A stretch of DNA of 64,000 nt. Source: a virus (Duplodnaviria; Caudoviricetes). A program made the translations under genes and the position numbers. The notes beneath the pieces are model-generated. The model made no database searches and was not told where the DNA came from. It worked only from the letters and a program-made list of their open reading frames with translations. This document shows positions 36,574 to 46,257 of this stretch, in pieces. Within the stretch, counting starts at the first letter, position 1. The number at the start of each line of letters is the position of its first letter. The stretch is from IMG/VR virus record IMGVR_UViG_3300020577_002562, positions 1 through 64,000 of that record; one strand, given 5' to 3'.

Positions 36574-38825
36574 GCACTGCAAAGACGAAGCAGAGCTTTG
36601 GCATCCGGCTAAAGTCTGTACGTCTGCAAAAGGTCGTCCTGTTTGAAGATGCATCATTCAAGTTCGCCAACGGTATTACCTACGTAGTCGGTAAGAACAC
36701 CAATCGGCGAGAACCAGACGCGTCCAACATGACGGGCAAGAGTCTGTTGTTCTCGATACTGCCGCAAGCCATACTAGATGCTAGTCCGTTGCCGGTCAAA
36801 GGCATACGCAGCGCATCGAAAGATGGCATGTCCAAGAGCTCCTGCATTACCGTTAGTGCAGAAGTCGGTGATCAGAAGGTCGATGTCTCCAAGTCATTGG
36901 CGAAGCACACCATCTTGATCGAGGGGTCTGACATACAACGTCGGGGTAAGGTACTGGTCAAGGACAAGCTCAAGACGCTGTTTCCTCTGTCAGAAGAGGA
37001 GTTCTTCTCCCTCTACTATCTGAACACGCTTAGACCAAACACCTTGCAATATGGAACTGCACCAGTTCGTGCCCAGTTCTTTGTCAATCTGTTCCGTCTG
37101 AACCATCTGGATGAGGTACGAAAGTGGCTGCTACGGCAATCGTCTGAAGTAGCTGAGAATCAGCGGCTGCGTGATCGTCTTAGAGAGGAGTTGAAAGCTC
37201 TACCGCAGCATAAGCCGCTAGCTGACTTGCGATCCACCATCGAATTGCTGTCTTCTAGACAAGAGAGACTGAAGAAAGAAGCGCGTGACCTAAACATTGA
37301 GTGGACACAAAGCCAACTACATGAGAGTGTCCAGCCAGCCAGGCGTAGGGTCAAAGAGCTAAGGGCTCAATTGAAGGAAGATGGAGCCTCACTACGAGAG
37401 GAGTACCGAAAGCTTGAGAAGAAGCGCCGCACTCTCATTGATCTAAAGCGACAACAGGAACTGTACCAAGAGTCTCAAGCAAAGCTTAAAGGCAATCCGT
37501 ATGTCGGCAAAGACAAAGACGAGCTGAAGCTACTGCGCACCAAGATCATACAGAGGCAGAACCAGCTTCAGTCTACAGCCTCGGATGAACCTGACAAACC
37601 AGCCGTTAGCCGTAAGCTGGCAACATTAGGAGAGTCCGTTTCCGAGTCTATAGCTACTAAAGCAACTCGACAAGTAGCCTTGTACATGCAGGCCAAGAAC
37701 GAGTTGGCAGACTTCAAAGAGCTTTTGCGTGAGCACCAACAGTGCCCTACTTGTCGCAGCGAATTGTCCGGGCGAGTGACCAGAGCGACAGTCAAGATGC
37801 TACGCAACAAGGCACTCAAGTTGCGTCGAGAAGCGGCCGCACTTCTGAAGCAGAAGAAGGCTCGTGTCGCATGGATTGAATGGTCTGAGTACGCTCAAGC
37901 AGTAGAGGAGTTCAAGCGGCAAGAGAAGATAAGGCATTGGCTCAAGAAGCACAGTCTCAAGCAGATCAATGCGGTAGTCGAGTCCTCACACATTAAGCCG
38001 ATCACACATAAAGGTGATGTACGGACTGAGTTGCAAGTCTTGGCCCGTCGCTTGAACACAGTGACAGAGCAACTCCGATTGGCCGATCAGTTGGCAGAAG
38101 CTCAGGCTCTATATGACGATCTGAAGAAGCGAGTGGTGAGACCTACGCGTGAACAGTCTGTGATTCGTAAGGATCTAGACCGTGTTGCCGAGCGTATGGA
38201 CCGAATTGGGGAGGAGCTTCCGAAAGCCACCGCTGATTATCGATTGGCTAAGGAGACACACAAGCAACGGCGTAAGCTGCAGGCTACCATCTCCGAGTTG
38301 AGGAGCGGCAGCCGTGCTAAGGTGCTTCAAGCCCTAGTAAACGTGTTCTCTAAGGGTGGGGTGAAGTTGCTGGTGTTGCAACGCATAGCGAGACTGCTCC
38401 AGCAGAATATGAACAAGTACGCCAAGCTGTTGTACCCTGAACCTATGGAGTTCACGCTGACAGTGACACACTCACGCTTTGACATCACTGCTACTAGAAT
38501 GCTCAAGGCGCGCAAAGACGTATCCGATGTTAGGAATTTGAGCGGAGCTGAATCTCGTCTGTTCCCATTGCTTCTGTTGTTGGCACTTCTTCCGATGATA
38601 CCGATCAAGCGACGGATGGATACACTGATCTTGGATGAGCCAGAAACGAACATGGACCCAGGTATGCGTAGGATACTCACAGACACTCTGCTGCCGCAGT
38701 TGAACAAGATCGTACCTAAGATAGTGGTAATCAGCCCACACCAGAGTCTTGTACCAGCAGGGGCAAGAGCGTTCACTGTTGTTAAGCGTGGCGACCAGTC
38801 TACTCTTGAGCGAGGACTGCAATGA
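36570..38825 (+). CDS. Rad50/SbcC SMC-like ATPase
   Basis: SNMTGKS, coiled coils, CPTC zinc hook, LSGAE, LILDEP, ISPH. Confidence 0.92.
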   Translation: MSTAKTKQSFGIRLKSVRLQKVVLFEDASFKFANGITYVVGKNTNRREPDASNMTGKSLLFSILPQAILDASPLPVKGIRSASKDGMSKSSCITVSAEVGDQKVDVSKSLAKHTILIEGSDIQRRGKVLVKDKLKTLFPLSEEEFFSLYYLNTLRPNTLQYGTAPVRAQFFVNLFRLNHLDEVRKWLLRQSSEVAENQRLRDRLREELKALPQHKPLADLRSTIELLSSRQERLKKEARDLNIEWTQSQLHESVQPARRRVKELRAQLKEDGASLREEYRKLEKKRRTLIDLKRQQELYQESQAKLKGNPYVGKDKDELKLLRTKIIQRQNQLQSTASDEPDKPAVSRKLATLGESVSESIATKATRQVALYMQAKNELADFKELLREHQQCPTCRSELSGRVTRATVKMLRNKALKLRREAAALLKQKKARVAWIEWSEYAQAVEEFKRQEKIRHWLKKHSLKQINAVVESSHIKPITHKGDVRTELQVLARRLNTVTEQLRLADQLAEAQALYDDLKKRVVRPTREQSVIRKDLDRVAERMDRIGEELPKATADYRLAKETHKQRRKLQATISELRSGSRAKVLQALVNVFSKGGVKLLVLQRIARLLQQNMNKYAKLLYPEPMEFTLTVTHSRFDITATRMLKARKDVSDVRNLSGAESRLFPLLLLLALLPMIPIKRRMDTLILDEPETNMDPGMRRILTDTLLPQLNKIVPKIVVISPHQSLVPAGARAFTVVKRGDQSTLERGLQ

Positions 38826-39520
38826 AATTCCGAGTCAATGGGTTCGCTGCCACTACTCCACAACGGTTGTCACAAGCATTGACAGCTTTCGGAGTCAAGC
38901 ATACTGTCGTCACCTCAGTAATTCGCGAAGCTCAGACAGGGGTTGTAGTGTTTGCAGGTGTTGATACTTTTCGCTCCAGTTACCAGTATCTGCGTGAAGG
39001 AGTACGTTCTGTATCGTGCTTGGTCTGCGACAACTACTTTGCACTGAGATCGCGTCATCTTCCAGTGGCCGACCATGCCAAACCTACTGGTTTGCTGATA
39101 ACTGAAATCGATATGAAGCCTGACCATGAGCTGTTCGAGATGGTGCAAGAGACTAAACGATGGAAGCCTAAACCAAAGGCAAAGTCACTGTCCAAGGCTT
39201 TGTTGAAAACGACTCGCGTATCGATGGTGGGGACGCTCCAAAACTTACTGTTCAAGGTATCGGACAAGGAGCAACGACAGCGGATCAAGAATCATCTATT
39301 CACTGCTCTGGTGCGTAATGACCCAGTTTCTGTGCAGGAGGCTCCAAAGACAATTCGGGCACAACTACTAGCCGTAGTCACAGACCAGACTTTCCAGGCA
39401 CTTGGGGCCGCAGTGCGTGATGTGTTGGACAACGCTTCGATAGAGGCAGCAGCGGTTCGTCACGATGTCAGCAAGTATGACATCTCTTATTCGGTAGCAT
39501 ATATCAGGAAGCTAGTGTGA
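38822..39520 (+). CDS. Hypothetical protein in the replication block
   Basis: ATGA overlap; possible C-terminal HTH. Confidence 0.7.
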   Translation: MKFRVNGFAATTPQRLSQALTAFGVKHTVVTSVIREAQTGVVVFAGVDTFRSSYQYLREGVRSVSCLVCDNYFALRSRHLPVADHAKPTGLLITEIDMKPDHELFEMVQETKRWKPKPKAKSLSKALLKTTRVSMVGTLQNLLFKVSDKEQRQRIKNHLFTALVRNDPVSVQEAPKTIRAQLLAVVTDQTFQALGAAVRDVLDNASIEAAAVRHDVSKYDISYSVAYIRKLV

Positions 39521-40608
39521 TGATCAAGACCAAGCAAATTCCTTCGCTGGAGGACTACAGAATCGGTGAAGCTCCAGTTGATACATTGGTAGTCACCGGA
39601 GAGTGCGATCTTGCAGGTGTAAGTCTAGCTGCTCTGTCGCGCCATGTGAACCGGCGTCTGGTGTTCAAGAAGCGTCCGAAATTGAGAGGCCGATATGATA
39701 ACACGATTGTTGCCCGCTCACTGATGGCTTACGGCTTTCAGGTGTTTGATACCGTGCGTAACGCCTACAAGATCAATTCTATCTGTCAGTTCAACTACAC
39801 GGACCCGAGGTACATCGACTATGTGCTGTACGCTGTAGCTTACGGATCGGACCCTAATCGAGTTCGACAGTTGCTTGCTCAACCTGTAATGCAGTGCACC
39901 CACATGTATGAGTTGATGGGAGGCTCCGCAGAATTGAGCCTGTACGGTATGGCTGACTACCCGCACATCCAGTTCACTTCAGTAGACATCGACGATCGGG
40001 CCAATAGGTACGTTTGGCGTAGAGCACAAGCTGCTGGTCTACAGGTGTACGTTGAAACTGAAGATGTGACGCAATTCGAGCCTTATAGAAATGAGAAGAT
40101 CGTGAACGCCTGCTTCATTGGGAAGCAGTCGATTAACTACTTTGACCCACTGGCCGTAAGAGATCTGCTAGAGCATTTACTCGTTAATTACGATGTGATT
40201 GCACTTGAACTATTGACACCGATTGATGCCTACAAGAACTACCACAGCAAGCACGAATGCGATTGGTTGCCCAGGGGGCAGCAATTGGTAGAGCGATTTT
40301 GCTCTGATCAGCCTGAACGACCTCGAGCCAATCCTGTAACCTCTCGGCTTGCGTTCTCCTTGTTCTTGGAACATATCGACAAAGGACAGTTGCTGAATTG
40401 GCATCATGTTTCGGCCTACGATTGGTGGATGTACAACCTACAGTCCGTGGTTCACATGATGATGCAGATGGGTATAGCCACATCCGACATGTGGTACTAC
40501 ACATATGGGAATCGAGCTGCCGTGCGCGTAGACGAGTACAAACCTGAACATCATCGCGCTATCATGGAAGATGGTGATGTTGTGACCTTGATCGTTCGTA
40601 GAAACTAG
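39517..40608 (+). CDS. Divergent class I SAM-dependent methyltransferase-like protein
   Basis: YELMGGSA, FTSVDID, EDVTQF, QSINYF. Confidence 0.6.
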   Translation: MMIKTKQIPSLEDYRIGEAPVDTLVVTGECDLAGVSLAALSRHVNRRLVFKKRPKLRGRYDNTIVARSLMAYGFQVFDTVRNAYKINSICQFNYTDPRYIDYVLYAVAYGSDPNRVRQLLAQPVMQCTHMYELMGGSAELSLYGMADYPHIQFTSVDIDDRANRYVWRRAQAAGLQVYVETEDVTQFEPYRNEKIVNACFIGKQSINYFDPLAVRDLLEHLLVNYDVIALELLTPIDAYKNYHSKHECDWLPRGQQLVERFCSDQPERPRANPVTSRLAFSLFLEHIDKGQLLNWHHVSAYDWWMYNLQSVVHMMMQMGIATSDMWYYTYGNRAAVRVDEYKPEHHRAIMEDGDVVTLIVRRN

Positions 40609-40643
40609 CAGAAGGGGTTGGCAATTGCCAACCCCTTCTGCTA
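40606..40643. terminator. Perfect 38-bp palindrome ending the replication block
   Basis: TAGCAGAAGGGGTTGGCAA|TTGCCAACCCCTTCTGCTA. Confidence 0.65.
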
Positions 40644-40683
40644 TGACGCACTAATTTGAGCCATCTGAACGGAAGACCGGACC

Positions 40684-42846
40684 ATGACCCAACCTGATGT
40701 CTATTTCAGACGAGCCGACGTGTATATTGATGATGGATTCACAGGCCCAGAGAACATCGCATCCCTAGGCGCCAATATCTTGCCCCCAGTGGTTGACTTT
40801 TCGGCTACTCCGCTGATAGGAGTAGCTCCACTGACTGTGGACTTCACGAACTTGTCACAGTACGGTGTGAGTGACGCCTGGGATTTCCAGAACAATGGAT
40901 CGACCGACAGTGTATTGCACAGCCCTACAGGTATTGTGTTTGGTTCCCCTGGTCTGTACTCCGTCAAGTTGACTGTAACGAACACTGCTGGTACAGTTTC
41001 GTTAACCAAGGTGAACTACATTGACGTAGGATCATTGCCCATAGTAGATTTCTCCGGTACTCCGTTGTCTGGTAACGCCCCGTTAGATGTGACGTTCACC
41101 AACTTGTCTTCAGGTGCAGTCTCCTACGCATGGGACTTTGAGAACAACGGATCGACGGATAGTACTGCAACAAACCCGACCCACACGTATCCAGATCCTG
41201 GTACGTATACTGTCAAGCTAACCGGAACTAACGCCTACGGTTCGGCCACTCAAACCAAGACTGCCTACGTGACAGTCAATGCAGTCGGCAATCGGAACGC
41301 ACTACTGACCTTTGAGAGCTTGTTCCCAACAGGAGATAAGAGCCTTGATGCTGCTGTACTGAACCATTACAATGGAGGTACAGACAGCAACGGTAACTCA
41401 GGTCGAAACTATGGCATTGTTTTCGACGCAAACTCGATTGTGAGCTATTCGTTGTACGAGGATGGAACAGCCGACGGCAACTTTGTCTCTAATCCTAGTA
41501 AGGGAGCAGCAGTCTCCAGCCTTGGTGGTACAATAACTATCACCATTGCGGGAGGTTTCTACGAGCAGGTCGTAGCCAGCTTAATCGTGTTGTCGGGCTC
41601 AACTGTAACCATGCGCGTGAAGAATCCAGCGGATGCAGTGATCGCCACGACAACGCTACCATTTACGTCTACTGGAACGGTGTACGATGACTCAAACACC
41701 CCACAAACCGTTGATGTGTGGGAGAAAATCACCTTGGCTTTTGCGGGTGAGGGGCGCAAACTGGAAATAGCTGGTACTGTGAACCAGGTGGCTATCGACA
41801 ATATTCTGTTCCGGCTGCCGTCCAGTCCGTTGAACCCGTCTATCATCGACCCTGACGTTGGCGGTACGTTGACTGCTAACGTATCGAACGGCGCTGTTAC
41901 GTGGTTTGCGATGGAGTGGGATGGTGAACGCGACTATGACTTTGCATTGACGGGAGGTGCAGCAGCCTCAGCCAAAGCTTATGTCTACAAGGGGGAACTA
42001 TCGACGCCGACATCATTCACGTCAGCGGCCCCTTATGCGCTAGATCACGCAGGTGGTATCGTTAAGTTCCCCAACTACGGCAGTAGTTCTCCAGACACCG
42101 TTTGGGTTGGTGTGACTGCTAGCTCTGGCGCTTCAGCGTCGGCCGGATTGACGGTAACTCCAGGGTCTGGGGCAGTTAACCCAGTTAACTTGCAAGTGAC
42201 AGAAAGGGACCGTAGCTTTGCTAGTGTACTCTGGTTGCTGGATGGTCAGGGTGCCGACAACTCGACCACGTTTACGGATCTGTCTACCAATGCCCGTACA
42301 GTGACGCCTACAGGTAACACAAAGATCAGCACGGCACAGTTCAAGTTTGGATCCAGTTCCATCTACTTCGACGGCGTAGGTGACAATCTGACGCTGGCGG
42401 ATACGCCAGACATGAACATAACGGGGTCATTTAACTTCAGAGGTTGGTTCTACATTGAGGCGAACACCAGTCTGAACATGACGTTCTTAGCCTTTGGTGG
42501 AGCTACGCATTGGCAACTGTATCGACGAACTGCCTCTAGTAACAAGCTGGTTCTGTGGAATGGATCATCCAACATCATCATTGGTAGTACCACGCAGATA
42601 GGAACCACGGCCTGGTATCATATTGAGTGGTCATTCGATGGCACGACGCATCGCATTTTTGTCAACGGCAATCTTGAAGGTAGCGCAGTAAGTGCATTGA
42701 GTGTCAACCCAACTTCTATGATCGTCGGAACGTACTTTGATGGAACGGAAGCTTTCCAAGGGTGGGCACAAGACATCGAAGCTACCACAGTAGCACGACA
42801 CACCGCAGCCTTCACAATCCCACGCTATAAGCTTCCTGCAGCTTGA
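40684..42846 (+). CDS. Virion/tail protein with two PKD (Ig-like) domains and a C-terminal LamG domain
   Basis: Two VDFS.TP..G.APL.V.FTN.S...WDF.NNG...PG.Y.VKLT repeats; KFGSSSIYFDG...WYHI...FVNG. Confidence 0.88.
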   Translation: MTQPDVYFRRADVYIDDGFTGPENIASLGANILPPVVDFSATPLIGVAPLTVDFTNLSQYGVSDAWDFQNNGSTDSVLHSPTGIVFGSPGLYSVKLTVTNTAGTVSLTKVNYIDVGSLPIVDFSGTPLSGNAPLDVTFTNLSSGAVSYAWDFENNGSTDSTATNPTHTYPDPGTYTVKLTGTNAYGSATQTKTAYVTVNAVGNRNALLTFESLFPTGDKSLDAAVLNHYNGGTDSNGNSGRNYGIVFDANSIVSYSLYEDGTADGNFVSNPSKGAAVSSLGGTITITIAGGFYEQVVASLIVLSGSTVTMRVKNPADAVIATTTLPFTSTGTVYDDSNTPQTVDVWEKITLAFAGEGRKLEIAGTVNQVAIDNILFRLPSSPLNPSIIDPDVGGTLTANVSNGAVTWFAMEWDGERDYDFALTGGAAASAKAYVYKGELSTPTSFTSAAPYALDHAGGIVKFPNYGSSSPDTVWVGVTASSGASASAGLTVTPGSGAVNPVNLQVTERDRSFASVLWLLDGQGADNSTTFTDLSTNARTVTPTGNTKISTAQFKFGSSSIYFDGVGDNLTLADTPDMNITGSFNFRGWFYIEANTSLNMTFLAFGGATHWQLYRRTASSNKLVLWNGSSNIIIGSTTQIGTTAWYHIEWSFDGTTHRIFVNGNLEGSAVSALSVNPTSMIVGTYFDGTEAFQGWAQDIEATTVARHTAAFTIPRYKLPAA

Positions 42847-42872
42847 TCATTCGCAAACCTGAGAGGTAACAA

Positions 42873-43268
42873 ATGGGCATAGCACTGCTGTTCATTAAGA
42901 ACTACTGGAAGCAAATTCTAGGGCTTGTGCTCGTACTGGCACTGTTGGCATTCACCTGGTGGGCAGTTGCGAGTACATTGGCTGCCGCAGAAGATCGTGG
43001 CTATCAAAGAGGTAAGGCTGAGTTAGCCGCCGAGTATGCAAAAAGAAAGCAGGCCGAAGTTGAGAAGCTGACTGAGATGGTCAATACCATCGTCGCAGAA
43101 TCCCAAGCCGGCGCAGCGCGAGTAGAAGCTGCCAGCAAACGAGCTACGGCCGCCAACTCAAAGATCCTGGAAGCGGTTACTACAGCGAACAAACCACTCA
43201 CTCAACCTGACTGCACATTCACCGACGATTTCATGCAGTCTTGGGATCAATTGAGGAGAGCAAAGTGA
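42873..43268 (+). CDS. i-spanin (Rz-like)
   Basis: N-terminal TM plus coiled coil, upstream of a lipoprotein. Confidence 0.65.
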   Translation: MGIALLFIKNYWKQILGLVLVLALLAFTWWAVASTLAAAEDRGYQRGKAELAAEYAKRKQAEVEKLTEMVNTIVAESQAGAARVEAASKRATAANSKILEAVTTANKPLTQPDCTFTDDFMQSWDQLRRAK

Positions 43269-43579
43269 ACACGCACCCAAGAATTGACTTGTTGGCTGCC
43301 ATTAGCCTGGCAATACTTTGCACGGGCTGTGCTACAACCGATCCAATTGTGCTGCCGAAGGAGACTGTGATTACGCAGCAACTCAATATCGATCCGAAGC
43401 TCCTAGAAGAGTGTGAGCCAGACTTAGCGCCGCTTGAAGGCCGAACATCACTGGCTGTACTTGGAGCCTTAGACAAGTCTCAGGTGATCCACCAACGGTG
43501 CTACAACAAACACAAGGAGCTCTCTGACTTGATCAAGAAATTCCTACGTTCGGACAACATGAAACTGCAAAGTCAGTAA
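43265..43579 (+). CDS. o-spanin (Rz1-like lipoprotein)
   Basis: Lipobox LCTGC; IDPKLLEEC.P; C..KH..L. Confidence 0.7.
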   Translation: MNTHPRIDLLAAISLAILCTGCATTDPIVLPKETVITQQLNIDPKLLEECEPDLAPLEGRTSLAVLGALDKSQVIHQRCYNKHKELSDLIKKFLRSDNMKLQSQ

Positions 43580-43636
43580 TTTGAGATCGACCACGAATGT
43601 GGATCTACGCATACACCGCAGACAAAGGAGTACCCA

Positions 43637-44035
43637 ATGAACGCGGAGAGCGCAGCAATAGCAGTGCATTCTACAGGGGTTCAAGCCATCGGCTTGGCCC
43701 TATTTGGCATTCTCGGCATACCATTGAATGCCATTGTGTGGGGACTGATTGGTGCTTACGGTGGCTCCGTAGTCACTCGACCTATTCGTGACACGGAAGG
43801 TGCGATCTTGTACATGTGCGCCTCTTTGTTGTCTGGTTTGGCAGGCTACACGATTTCTCGTATGTGGTTCAATGGGGAAGCAGTGTTGACCAATCTGTTT
43901 TCCGGCGTGCTGGGATTCTTGTTCAACGCAATTTCTGCCTCGGTGATTGCTGTCGTGCCTACTATGGTGCAGACGGTAGCTAGCGTGGTAACGTCGCGAT
44001 TCAAGACCGAGTCGAAGAACAAGGAGGGGCAATGA
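43637..44035 (+). CDS. Holin-like membrane protein
   Basis: 3-4 TMs, charged C-terminus, AAGGAG SD. Confidence 0.6.
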   Translation: MNAESAAIAVHSTGVQAIGLALFGILGIPLNAIVWGLIGAYGGSVVTRPIRDTEGAILYMCASLLSGLAGYTISRMWFNGEAVLTNLFSGVLGFLFNAISASVIAVVPTMVQTVASVVTSRFKTESKNKEGQ

Positions 44036-44445
44036 TCTCTACACTTCAACTCCTGCAACCTCTGGTGAGCTTGACAACAGTCATCGTATGCCTCTACTTG
44101 ACGGCTATGTATGGCAAGCGTTTGTTCAAGGTCAGCGTACAGCGACAACCATCTGGCTTTGTCATCATGCAGTTTCTTGGTGCTGCGTATCCAGCCCTGC
44201 TGATTCTGGAACTTCAAGCTCACCCGGTTAGATTCATAGACGGTCTTGTGCTTGCGTGGTCCGCATTGTATCTATGGCGCAGCAGAGAGCGGATGGCTCT
44301 GTATGTGAAGGATGCTGAAGCAGGTGTTCCGAAACGAGAGATGGAAGACGTGTCTGAAACTCGAATGATCCTCAAGCCAAAGAGTGAGCCTGCCAAAGTT
44401 GATCAATCTAGCACCGATCAGGAGAAACCAAATGCTGGTACGTGA
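44032..44445 (+). CDS. Membrane protein (holin/antiholin-like)
   Basis: About 3 TMs. Confidence 0.55.
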   Translation: MISTLQLLQPLVSLTTVIVCLYLTAMYGKRLFKVSVQRQPSGFVIMQFLGAAYPALLILELQAHPVRFIDGLVLAWSALYLWRSRERMALYVKDAEAGVPKREMEDVSETRMILKPKSEPAKVDQSSTDQEKPNAGT

Positions 44446-44995
44446 TAACTTTCTGGATGACGCCCAAACCATCGGCTGCGATGTAGCTGCAATCCAGGCC
44501 GTAGCCGCTGTTGAGTCTCGTGGTGGTGGTTTTGATCCAGAGGGCTTTCCGAAGACCCTATTCGAGGGTCATTGGTTCTACCGGCTGACCAAGGGCAAGT
44601 TCGCAGCCACTGCGCCAACGCTTTGCTATCCAACGTGGACACGGCAGTTCTATGGCAAGTCCTGGCAAGAAGAGAAAGCTAGACTGCAAGCTGCCTGTGA
44701 GTTGGATCGTACAGCCGCATTGCAGTCAGCAAGCTGGGGCATGTTTCAAGTGATGGGATTCAATCACGTTGTCTGCGGTTTCAAGACAGTGCAACAGTTT
44801 GTCAATGCCATGTGCAAGGACGAGAACGAGCAACTGGCAGCCTTCACCAGCTACGTTGTCAACTCTGGGTTGTCTAGCCATCTGATCAAGCATGATTGGG
44901 ACGCTTTCGCGTACCACTACAATGGCCCTGAGTACAAGAAGAACAACTATGCAGAGAAGCTCGCAGCGGCCTATGCCAAATTCAGTTCGACATAA
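44432..44995 (+). CDS. Endolysin, N-acetylmuramidase (DUF3380) family
   Basis: AVAAVESRG.GF, LFEGH.F, SASWGMFQVMGFN, FA..YNGP.Y..N.Y. Confidence 0.93.
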   Translation: MLVRDNFLDDAQTIGCDVAAIQAVAAVESRGGGFDPEGFPKTLFEGHWFYRLTKGKFAATAPTLCYPTWTRQFYGKSWQEEKARLQAACELDRTAALQSASWGMFQVMGFNHVVCGFKTVQQFVNAMCKDENEQLAAFTSYVVNSGLSSHLIKHDWDAFAYHYNGPEYKKNNYAEKLAAAYAKFSST

Positions 44996-45030
44996 CCTCA
45001 TGGTAACTGGGATGAAGAAGCAGAAACAAC

Positions 45031-45381
45031 ATGAAGGAATCTATCTCAGAGTCGATTCGCTTTCTGTGGGAGTATCCGTACATAGCGGGCTTCTACGGTG
45101 TGTGGACGGCGTTTGCTCGTTGGCTGATTGGTGACCGCAAGGGCGGAATGTGGGCGCTCCTCAGCTATGTCGTGTCTAGTGTACTGGTAGCTGTAGCCAT
45201 GTCTCTGTATCTTGATGATGAGCACATCTCAAGTGGAAAGCGGCTGGCCTACATCATCTTCGCTTCGTTCATTGCTCGTGATATTCTAGGAGCAATCATG
45301 ATCGTAGCTCGTGATCTAGCCACCGATCCTCTAACCACACTCACTAAGCTTCGCAAAGTGTTTAAGGGTAATGCCAAATGA
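45031..45381 (+). CDS. Holin-like membrane protein
   Basis: 3 TMs, basic C-terminus. Confidence 0.55.
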   Translation: MKESISESIRFLWEYPYIAGFYGVWTAFARWLIGDRKGGMWALLSYVVSSVLVAVAMSLYLDDEHISSGKRLAYIIFASFIARDILGAIMIVARDLATDPLTTLTKLRKVFKGNAK

Positions 45382-45722
45382 ACTGGTCTGAATCGATGGT
45401 GCTGGCCGTGGCCGCCATTCTGCTGATGGTGGATGGAATTGTTCAACTCTTGTACGGAGCCTTGCTTAGTAAGTTGCAAGATCGACGCTCTAGACAACAC
45501 CCTAGTCTACGCTTTGTTCTTGGTGTAGGAATGTTCTTGACTGGACTACGATGTATGTACCAGATAGTGTCCGGTACAGAGGTTGCCAAGCTGATTCCTG
45601 GCGATGTACTAATTCCATTGGCACTGATTGGTTTGGGTTCTTTGGGTGTATCATACAGCTCTCTGAGGGAGCTGACCAACTATGTGGCTTCTAACATGAA
45701 GGAAAGCAACCATGGGTGCTAA
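45378..45722 (+). CDS. Membrane protein
   Basis: 3 TMs. Confidence 0.55.
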   Translation: MNWSESMVLAVAAILLMVDGIVQLLYGALLSKLQDRRSRQHPSLRFVLGVGMFLTGLRCMYQIVSGTEVAKLIPGDVLIPLALIGLGSLGVSYSSLRELTNYVASNMKESNHGC

Positions 45723-46245
45723 CAATCCAAACACGATGCTGCCTAGCACTGGCGCAAACTACGAAGCCTACAATCAAGCAATCAATGCGCAGCCATTCAA
45801 CACAAGTGTGTTGGCAGAGTCCATTCCAGCGTCTGGGCTGCCAACACAAACCGCCATGCTGGGGCTACGTCGTGCCGCCGATGTGAACGGTAACGTCAAC
45901 ATCAACAACCCGCTGGAGAATGACGCGCTGGAAAGCGGTCAGCAGGTTATTGTGACTGGTGTGTCTGCGGCACCTGCCAATACTACAGCATGGAAGAGTG
46001 GTGGTCTTGGTTTCTCTGTTCAAGGTAAGTTGACTGCAGGTTCTGCCACCGTCAATATCCAAGGCTCTGATGATCCGCTGGCATTGACGAACCCGAGTAC
46101 AGCGATGTGGACGACTGAAGCCACCTTGTCGCTTACAGGCGCTAATGATGTGAAGGGTGCCATTCTGTCTGGTTCTTACGCAGCGTATCGCTTGAACTTC
46201 AGTGCCATCACAACAGGTCCAGTTGACGTATACCGTGGTGTATAA
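45712..46245 (+). CDS. Probable virion structural protein (jelly-roll-like)
   Basis: G/S/T/A/N-rich; SATVNIQGSDD...W...YRLN. Confidence 0.55.
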   Translation: MGANNPNTMLPSTGANYEAYNQAINAQPFNTSVLAESIPASGLPTQTAMLGLRRAADVNGNVNINNPLENDALESGQQVIVTGVSAAPANTTAWKSGGLGFSVQGKLTAGSATVNIQGSDDPLALTNPSTAMWTTEATLSLTGANDVKGAILSGSYAAYRLNFSAITTGPVDVYRGV

Positions 46246-46257
46246 TCTGGTGCTCAA

